A stretch of DNA of 6,156 nt from a virus: IMG/VR virus record IMGVR_UViG_3300045988_004514, positions 1 through 6,156 of that record. The stretch is one strand, 5' to 3'. The notes beneath the pieces were generated by a model. It was not told where the DNA came from. It searched no databases and saw nothing but the letters and a program-made list of their open reading frames with translations. Positions 1 through 4,351 of the stretch are shown piece by piece (the stretch's first letter is position 1; each line of letters starts with the position of its first letter). The translations under genes and the position numbers were made by a program.

Positions 1-141
1 GGCAAAACAAATGAATCATACCGGATGAAAAACGGTGGAAAACTCAACTTACCCATCTATTACAGAAACAAAATATTTACAGAAGAAGAACGCGAAAAAC
101 TATTCCTAGACAAAATCGAAAAGGGAATAGTCTATATACTA
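1..141. repeat. Terminal redundancy, copy 1 of an exact 141-nt direct repeat (identical to 6016..6156). It is the assembly overlap of a circular 6015-nt genome.
   Basis: Base-by-base comparison of 1..141 with 6016..6156 shows identity. The repeat lies inside one continuous reading frame (VP4), so it marks circular closure and is not a biological terminal repeat. Confidence 0.9.
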
Positions 142-408
142 GGAATCAAAATAGACCTCAAAACAGAAGAATTGAGATACTCCGGTGTACTCGTAAGCGA
201 ACGAGAACGCTGTGAAAGACTATACCACGACAATCCGAAAGAATGGGATGAAAGAAAATATCTTAACAGGCTTAAAAAACAAAGACAATGGATAGAATCT
301 AAAGCGACTATGGTCGCCAAGAAGGAAAAAAGAAAAGAAGAAAGAAGTGAAAAACGACTAAATAACGACATTGATTTATTCGCCAATCTATATTTCAACT
401 CAAATTAG
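1..408 (+). CDS. Replication initiation protein VP4, C-terminal part. It is the same gene as 5392..6156, and the complete gene is join(5392..6015,1..408), 343 aa.
   Basis: Frame 1 is open from base 1 to TAG 406..408. The first 141 nt duplicate the end of the 5392 ORF in the same frame. The track ORF 25..408 is the internal-Met remnant. The tail is basic (KKQRQWIESKATMVAKKEKRKEERSEKR). Confidence 0.9.
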   Translation, partial: GKTNESYRMKNGGKLNLPIYYRNKIFTEEEREKLFLDKIEKGIVYILGIKIDLKTEELRYSGVLVSERERCERLYHDNPKEWDERKYLNRLKKQRQWIESKATMVAKKEKRKEERSEKRLNNDIDLFANLYFNSN

Positions 409-410
409 AA

Positions 411-680
411 GCTGCGCTATAGCATGTCCAACGGGGCTCCGTGTTAACATCACACGGGTCTGTATTTACCACCTCAAGGCCGGGGGGCCAGGGTGTATAA
501 CGGGAGGGTGAGGTACACCTTTATCCGAGAGACAACTACCTTAAGACCAAGATAAGGCGTGACGTGCACCCGACCTACGGTCGTGGTGTGCGGCTTCACC
601 GATACTATGGTGCTAGTCGCTAAGGAGAGGCTCGGCGCCTCTCTGTTGCTCTAATCCTCGTTCAAACGCCACGAAGGCTT
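411..680 (+). other. GC-rich, ORF-free, hairpin-dense noncoding island. It is a candidate structured ncRNA or an ssDNA structural element (complementary-strand origin or primosome site). Its class is unknown.
   Basis: Hand count for 421..660 gives 135/240 G+C (56%), against 15/60 at 721..780, 11/60 at 841..900 and 21/60 in a VP1 sample (2041..2100). The track lists no ORF across 409..977 on either strand. I folded these local hairpins by hand: 439-444/452-457; 478-481/486-489; 491-497/514-520; 564-575/579-591 (one bulge, triloop); 590-600/609-620; 624-631/637-644; 656-660/672-677. Confidence 0.55.
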
Positions 681-728
681 AAAGATACTATTGTTAATAG
701 TTAAATCGGAAAAATAAATATCAGAAAA

Positions 729-760
729 TTTGCAGAAATCAAAAAAATCAATTATATTTG
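729..760 (+). promoter_or_regulatory. Candidate promoter for the small-ORF/VP1 transcription unit.
   Basis: TTGCAG (730..735), a 17-nt spacer and TATATT (753..758) approximate the sigma70 consensus TTGACA/TATAAT. The same DNA reads TTTG (729..732), about 20 nt, then TATATTTG (753..760), which matches the Bacteroides -33 TTTG / -7 TAnnTTTG consensus. It lies in the AT-rich noncoding region upstream of the gene cassette. Confidence 0.4.
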
Positions 761-864
761 TAGTGTCAATAAGAAAGGAGGTGAAAAATGAAAACTTAGA
801 GTTTCTTTTATAACAAAGAAAGAAAAGGAGTTTATTAGATTTTGTAAAACAAAAAAAGAAAATT

Positions 865-975
865 ATGAATACGGAACTTATAAAACTATTAGTTTACAAA
901 AATTACTTTATAGACTTTTATAATCTTGATTACGAGACATTTATAAATAAAATTGAAGAACTTAAAGACAAATAA
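865..975 (+). CDS. Possible small ORF (36 aa), hypothetical protein.
   Basis: My translation is MNTELIKLLVYKNYFIDFYNLDYETFINKIEELKDK followed by a stop. The stop at 973..975 lies 2 nt before the next ATG (978). The downstream cassette uses the same stop-2nt-ATG packing (1422/1425 and 1631/1634). Its start context AAATTATG resembles ATAATTATG at 978, 4352 and 5392. It is below the ORF-track length cutoff and I recognise no homology. Confidence 0.35.
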   Translation: MNTELIKLLVYKNYFIDFYNLDYETFINKIEELKDK

Positions 976-977
976 TT

Positions 978-1190
978 ATGGCAGCAACAAAATTTTCAGT
1001 AGTAAAAGAAAACAAAAATACAGGTGAATTACTCATTATCAACTATGCAGGTGAATGGACATACAAAACAGCACTTGCAATTGCAAAAGAAGCAAACCGA
1101 GAATTTAACGAGGAAGGATGGAGAATCGTATGTGTAATAGAGACGAAAAAATTATATCCTAACGAAAATGAAAAAACCGAAAAAGATTAG
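978..1190 (+). CDS. Hypothetical protein (70 aa), ORFan of the accessory cassette.
   Basis: Track ORF on the + strand with ATAATTATG start context, tightly packed with its neighbours. I recognise no motif. Confidence 0.55.
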   Translation: MAATKFSVVKENKNTGELLIINYAGEWTYKTALAIAKEANREFNEEGWRIVCVIETKKLYPNENEKTEKD

Positions 1191-1422
1191 AAAATATGAA
1201 GCAGAAGGACATATTTTCAATACATTTCAGGAGCTAAAAAATTACGTGTACTTCAACACGTCAATAAAAATGAAGAAAATATGTTATGAACTAGATGAAG
1301 ACGTTATTACAAAAAAATACGTCTTCACAAAACAAGAAAGGAGGTTAATATGTGAAAAAACTTTTGACAAAGATGAACAAGATTTAAAAGAATGGAATCA
1401 AAAACAGTTTAAATTATTTTAA
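1168..1422 (+). CDS. Hypothetical protein (84 aa), basic N-terminus MKKPKKIRKY.
   Basis: Track ORF on the + strand that overlaps the preceding ORF by 23 nt in another frame, which is typical microvirus gene packing. I recognise no motif. Confidence 0.5.
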   Translation: MKKPKKIRKYEAEGHIFNTFQELKNYVYFNTSIKMKKICYELDEDVITKKYVFTKQERRLICEKTFDKDEQDLKEWNQKQFKLF

Positions 1423-1424
1423 AC

Positions 1425-1631
1425 ATGAAAATTACAGGTAACCAATGGGTAGAAATCATTCGAGCTATCAGTACGGCAATCATTGCTATAATTACGACCT
1501 TATGTGTACAGTCGTGTACAATGAGCCTAAGCGTAAGCAAAAACAATCAAAACTCAACGCAAAAGACCGAACAAACAACAACGTCAAGCGTTGATAGTAC
1601 ACACATTAATATTAATCCTAAAAACTATTAA
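1425..1631 (+). CDS. Small membrane-anchored protein (68 aa). It is a candidate lysis, superinfection-exclusion or lipoprotein-like factor.
   Basis: The N-terminal hydrophobic segment WVEIIRAISTAIIAIITTLCV is followed by VQSC (two Cys residues just after the helix). The tail is polar and rich in S/T/N/Q. The ATG lies 2 nt after the upstream stop. Confidence 0.6.
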   Translation: MKITGNQWVEIIRAISTAIIAIITTLCVQSCTMSLSVSKNNQNSTQKTEQTTTSSVDSTHININPKNY

Positions 1632-1633
1632 AA

Positions 1634-1900
1634 ATGGAAAGAGAATTTAACGACATGAAAGATGTATTCAGAGTATTACCAACAACTCAAGAAGAAAATG
1701 AATTCATGATTGTGATTGGAAAACATTTGGCAACAACTGAAAAGTTTCCAACACGTGAAGCAGCAGAAGAAATAATCAACTCTATAAATTGGAATCTAGT
1801 TGCAGCAATGATATATGCATGTAAAGAGGCAGACGAATACGAAAAGAAACTTAAACGTTCTGCAAAAAAGATTGACAACAACACTAAAAAGGAGGGCTAA
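1634..1900 (+). CDS. Hypothetical protein (88 aa) with a basic C-terminal tail (KKLKRSAKKIDNNTKKEG).
   Basis: Track ORF on the + strand. The ATG lies 2 nt after the upstream stop, and its own stop lies 3 nt before the VP1 ATG. Confidence 0.55.
   Translation: MEREFNDMKDVFRVLPTTQEENEFMIVIGKHLATTEKFPTREAAEEIINSINWNLVAAMIYACKEADEYEKKLKRSAKKIDNNTKKEG
1889..1895 (+). promoter_or_regulatory. Shine-Dalgarno-like site (AAGGAGG) for VP1.
   Basis: AAGGAGG sits 8 nt upstream of ATG 1904. VP1 is the only long gene in the genome with a canonical SD. Confidence 0.6.
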
Positions 1901-1903
1901 ACC

Positions 1904-3859
1904 ATGGGAATACAAAAAAATATTGGTAAAAATACCATAGGAGACAATCAAAAAATGTCGGTCAGTCTGCATGACTACCAAATGTCAACGCACGATTTAT
2001 CAACAATCGTAAGAAACACTCAAAGCCCTGGGACACTAGTACCAAACTTATGTTTGGTAGGACAAAAAGGAGATACATACGACATTGATATAGATGCGAA
2101 TGTACTGACACATCCGACGACGGGTCCATTATTCGGCTCATTCAAATTAGAACACCATATTTATACAGCACCTGTAAGATTATACAACAGTTGGCTACAT
2201 AACAACCGTACAAAAATCGGTCTGAATATGGCACAAGTAAAACTACCTCAAATAACGGTAGCATTAAATGCATCATACGATAATGCAATAACAGAGGACA
2301 ACCAATGGACACAAGTAAACCCAAGTTGCCTACTAGCATATTTGGGAATCAGAGGTTATGCAAACCTATCGGGGGTTCCAACAAAAACGGCAACAAAAAA
2401 CGCAGTGCCAATCCTTGCATATTACGACATATTCAAAAACTTTTATGCAAACACGCAAGAAGATAATTTCTATATTATCGGAGCAGCATTGCAATTAAAC
2501 AAAATCTCGAGAGTAACACCAGCCGGCAACGAGGCATCAATACCATTACAAAACACGTACATAATGGAAGATGGACTACAATACCAAATAAGCGACGTTA
2601 ACGACGACATACTAGATTATATAGAAGTACGTTGGCAAACCTCAAACGGTGGACCTGCAAACACTACAAAACTATCAAAAATTGCAGACGAAATACGAGT
2701 ATCAGGAACAACCGCAACATTTACGGCAGCAACAAAAAAAGCAACAGGTGCAGAGTATATAAGAATATACTCCATACAGTCAAACGAATCAACAGCGCTA
2801 AAAGAAATCGCATTAGAAAACCTTGATACAATCAGGGATAAAATACTAATGACCGCAGGTGATACAGTATTTGATATAGGAAGCCAAACAGCAAGCGTAG
2901 AGCCGTTCAACTCATTCACAAAAAGACTAACACAAACAAATAAACTGTATTCAACTATTCCACAATTCGGACTATGTCTAAAAACATACAACAGCGATCA
3001 GTTCCAAAATTGGATTAATACGGAATGGATAGACGGAGTAGATGGAATCAACGAAGCAAGTGCGGTAGATGTTTCAGACGGTACATTATCAATAGATGCC
3101 TTAAACCTATCACAAAAAGTATACAACTTCCTTAACAGAGTCGCAGTAAGCGGAGGTACTTACAGAGATTGGTTGGAAACAGTATACACAGGCGGTAACT
3201 ACATGGAAAGATGTGAAACACCTATGTTCGAAGGTGGCGTAAGCCAAGAAATCATATTCCAAGAAGTAATAAGCAACAGCGCATCCGAAAATGAACCGCT
3301 AGGAACACTAGCCGGACGAGGTGTAACAACAGGACGGCAAAAAGGCGGACATATCCGTATCAAAGTGACAGAACCATGTTACATTATAAGCATTTGCTCA
3401 ATTACTCCGAGAATCGATTACGGACAGGGTAACACATGGGATACATATCTAGAAACCATGGACGATTGGCACAAACCAGCACTGGACGGAATCGGGTACC
3501 AAGACTCAACAAACGGAGAGCGTGCATGGTGGACGGACTACTATACAGCAGATGCAGACTTAAAACGCACGTCAGCAGGTAAAACGGTGGCTTGGCTGAA
3601 CTACATGACAAACGTCAACAGAACATTCGGAAATTTTGCGCCTGGGATGAACGAGAGTTTCATGGTATTGAATAGAAACTACTCAATGAACAATGCAGGT
3701 GAACCACAAATCGAGGACTTAACAACATACATAGACCCGGTAAAATTCAACTACATATTTGCAGATGCAAATCTAGACGCTATGAACTTTTGGGTACAAA
3801 CAAGATTTGGCATAAAAGTAAGACGTTTAATCAGTGCAAAACAAATTCCTAACTTATAA
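1904..3859 (+). CDS. Major capsid protein VP1 (phiX174 F-like, Phage_F fold), 651 aa.
   Basis: It is the longest ORF. It carries conserved microvirus capsid signatures: N-terminal HDLS...GTLVP...KGDTYDIDIDANV, YTAPVRLYNSW, AVPILAYYDIFKNFYAN, and SGGTYRDWLETVYTGGN...ETPMFEGG. Confidence 0.95.
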   Translation: MGIQKNIGKNTIGDNQKMSVSLHDYQMSTHDLSTIVRNTQSPGTLVPNLCLVGQKGDTYDIDIDANVLTHPTTGPLFGSFKLEHHIYTAPVRLYNSWLHNNRTKIGLNMAQVKLPQITVALNASYDNAITEDNQWTQVNPSCLLAYLGIRGYANLSGVPTKTATKNAVPILAYYDIFKNFYANTQEDNFYIIGAALQLNKISRVTPAGNEASIPLQNTYIMEDGLQYQISDVNDDILDYIEVRWQTSNGGPANTTKLSKIADEIRVSGTTATFTAATKKATGAEYIRIYSIQSNESTALKEIALENLDTIRDKILMTAGDTVFDIGSQTASVEPFNSFTKRLTQTNKLYSTIPQFGLCLKTYNSDQFQNWINTEWIDGVDGINEASAVDVSDGTLSIDALNLSQKVYNFLNRVAVSGGTYRDWLETVYTGGNYMERCETPMFEGGVSQEIIFQEVISNSASENEPLGTLAGRGVTTGRQKGGHIRIKVTEPCYIISICSITPRIDYGQGNTWDTYLETMDDWHKPALDGIGYQDSTNGERAWWTDYYTADADLKRTSAGKTVAWLNYMTNVNRTFGNFAPGMNESFMVLNRNYSMNNAGEPQIEDLTTYIDPVKFNYIFADANLDAMNFWVQTRFGIKVRRLISAKQIPNL

Positions 3860-3872
3860 ATTTTATTACATT

Positions 3873-4190
3873 ATGAAATACTCAAAACCAACAGGAAACA
3901 AAGGTAGATTAAAATCAATCGAAATCTACGAAGGTGAAAGCATTGAAACAAAATGCGCAAGAATCCTACAAAACAAAGAGCCAATTACAGACACAGCACC
4001 AATTATCTATACAGCAAAAGAAGATGGTGTACTACCTGCATATAATATCAGAACGGACAGGTTTGATATAGCAATGGATGCTTATGACAAAATAACAAGA
4101 AGTTCAGCTAAAAAAGAACAGGCGGTAAAACCGGAAGATTTTGGAAATGTACCTGACAAAACACAGGGAGGTTCACCTAGTGAAAACTAA
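3873..4190 (+). CDS. Hypothetical protein (105 aa) between VP1 and VP2, in the position of a scaffolding or small structural protein. Its function is unsupported.
   Basis: The track ORF is 3834..4190. I prefer the internal ATG at 3873 (MKYSKPTG...) because it does not overlap VP1 and has an ATTATG context like the other genes. I do not recognise the gokushovirus VP3 signature in it. Confidence 0.6.
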   Translation: MKYSKPTGNKGRLKSIEIYEGESIETKCARILQNKEPITDTAPIIYTAKEDGVLPAYNIRTDRFDIAMDAYDKITRSSAKKEQAVKPEDFGNVPDKTQGGSPSEN

Positions 4191-4194
4191 ACTG

Positions 4195-4214
4195 TTTAGA
4201 GAAGTATCTCTAAA
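4195..4214 (+). other. Perfect 8-bp stem-loop (TTTAGAGA-agta-TCTCTAAA), 5 nt after the 3873..4190 stop codon.
   Basis: The inverted repeat is read directly from the sequence. No T-tract follows, so it is not a classic intrinsic terminator. Confidence 0.5.
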
Positions 4215-4217
4215 GCC

Positions 4218-4291
4218 TTGTAGGTAACAAGCACTTCGGAGTATTTGTAAAGACAAAATACTTTAAAATACACGAAAGTACGCACCTACAA
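4218..4291 (+). other. Composite 74-nt rod-like hairpin in the VP2-upstream intergenic region.
   Basis: The outer stem is a perfect 8 bp, TTGTAGGT (4218..4225) with ACCTACAA (4284..4291). The middle stem pairs 4231..4238 with 4273..4283 (8 bp with bulges). The apical stem pairs 4240..4248 with 4253..4262 (9 bp, one bulge, loop AAAG). All pairings are hand-folded. Confidence 0.5.
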
Positions 4292-4315
4292 TTTATTATC
4301 AAGTAATATGAATAA

Positions 4316-4335
4316 CGCTTTGAAACATCAAAGCG
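4316..4335 (+). other. Perfect 8-bp stem-loop (CGCTTTGA-aaca-TCAAAGCG), 17 nt upstream of the VP2 start.
   Basis: The inverted repeat is read directly from the sequence. No T-tract follows. Confidence 0.5.
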
Positions 4336-4351
4336 CGAAATGTAAATAATT

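Noticed and set aside
1-141. The 141-nt direct terminal repeat read as LTR-like or transposon ends, or as phage DTRs.
   Set aside because: The repeat lies inside a single continuous ORF (VP4), and the period of 6015 nt is a typical microvirus genome size. Circular-contig assembly overlap is the simplest explanation.
411-680. Reading the GC island as a known element: group I/II intron, hammerhead, HDV or twister ribozyme, riboswitch, tRNA/tmRNA fragment, RNase P, 5S rRNA or a CRISPR repeat.
   Set aside because: I could find none of the diagnostic cores by eye: CUGAUGA/GAAA, a D5 AGC-bulge hairpin, a GTTCGAATC-type T-arm, RNase P GAGGAAAGTCC, or B12/TPP/SAM boxes. VP4 is already full-length, so no intron is needed. 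There are no regularly spaced direct repeats. Only a covariance-model search can settle this.
687-701. Small AT-rich inverted repeat ACTATT-gtt-AATAGT.
   Set aside because: It is a 6-bp A/T-rich stem (one C-G pair) with a 3-nt loop, which is thermodynamically marginal and expected by chance in AT-rich DNA.
1168-1190. Possible programmed frameshift at the A-run (GAAAAAACC, 1170..1178) fusing ORF 978..1190 to ORF 1168..1422.
   Set aside because: The downstream frame is +1 relative to the upstream one, so it is not the -1 shift favoured by A AAA AAC-type heptamers. The downstream ORF has its own ATG. Short out-of-frame overlaps are normal in Microviridae, so translational coupling is sufficient.
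1334-1355. The 12-nt AAGAAAGGAGGT is repeated at 771..782 and 1334..1345. The second copy is followed by an ATG-TGA start-stop at 1350..1355.
   Set aside because: The second copy lies inside ORF 1168..1422, where it is read as KQERRL. Purine-rich 12-mers recur by chance in this A/G-rich + strand. I see no evidence of function beyond the first copy, which is discussed in the findings.
1872-1877. Perfect TTGACA -35 hexamer just upstream of VP1.
   Set aside because: No acceptable -10 element lies at 16-18 nt spacing, because the region 1895..1900 reads GGCTAA and overlaps the SD. The hexamer lies inside the 88-aa ORF, so it is probably coincidental.
2632-2826. 64-aa very basic + strand ORF nested in VP1 in another frame.
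   Set aside because: The start codon at 2632 is TTG, not ATG, and has no SD. The K/R/N richness is what A-rich sequence gives out of frame. It is weaker than the ATG-initiated ORF at 5691, which I kept as a low-interest finding.
2617-2991. 124-aa minus-strand ORF antisense to VP1. The same applies to the other minus-strand track ORFs: 132..398, 1687..1884, 1796..1981, 2142..2339, 3402..3611, 4210..4416, 4355..4549 and 5411..5608.
   Set aside because: All are embedded antisense in confident + strand genes or straddle their starts. They are hydrophobic or low-complexity and have no motifs. They are consistent with chance antisense ORFs in A-rich coding DNA.
3834-3872. Upstream start at 3834 for the 118-aa version of the ORF after VP1.
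   Set aside because: It would overlap the last 26 nt of VP1 and add a hydrophobic or aromatic junk-like extension (MQNKFLTYKFYYI). ATG 3873 sits after the VP1 stop with the ATTATG context shared by other genes. The longer form cannot be fully excluded.
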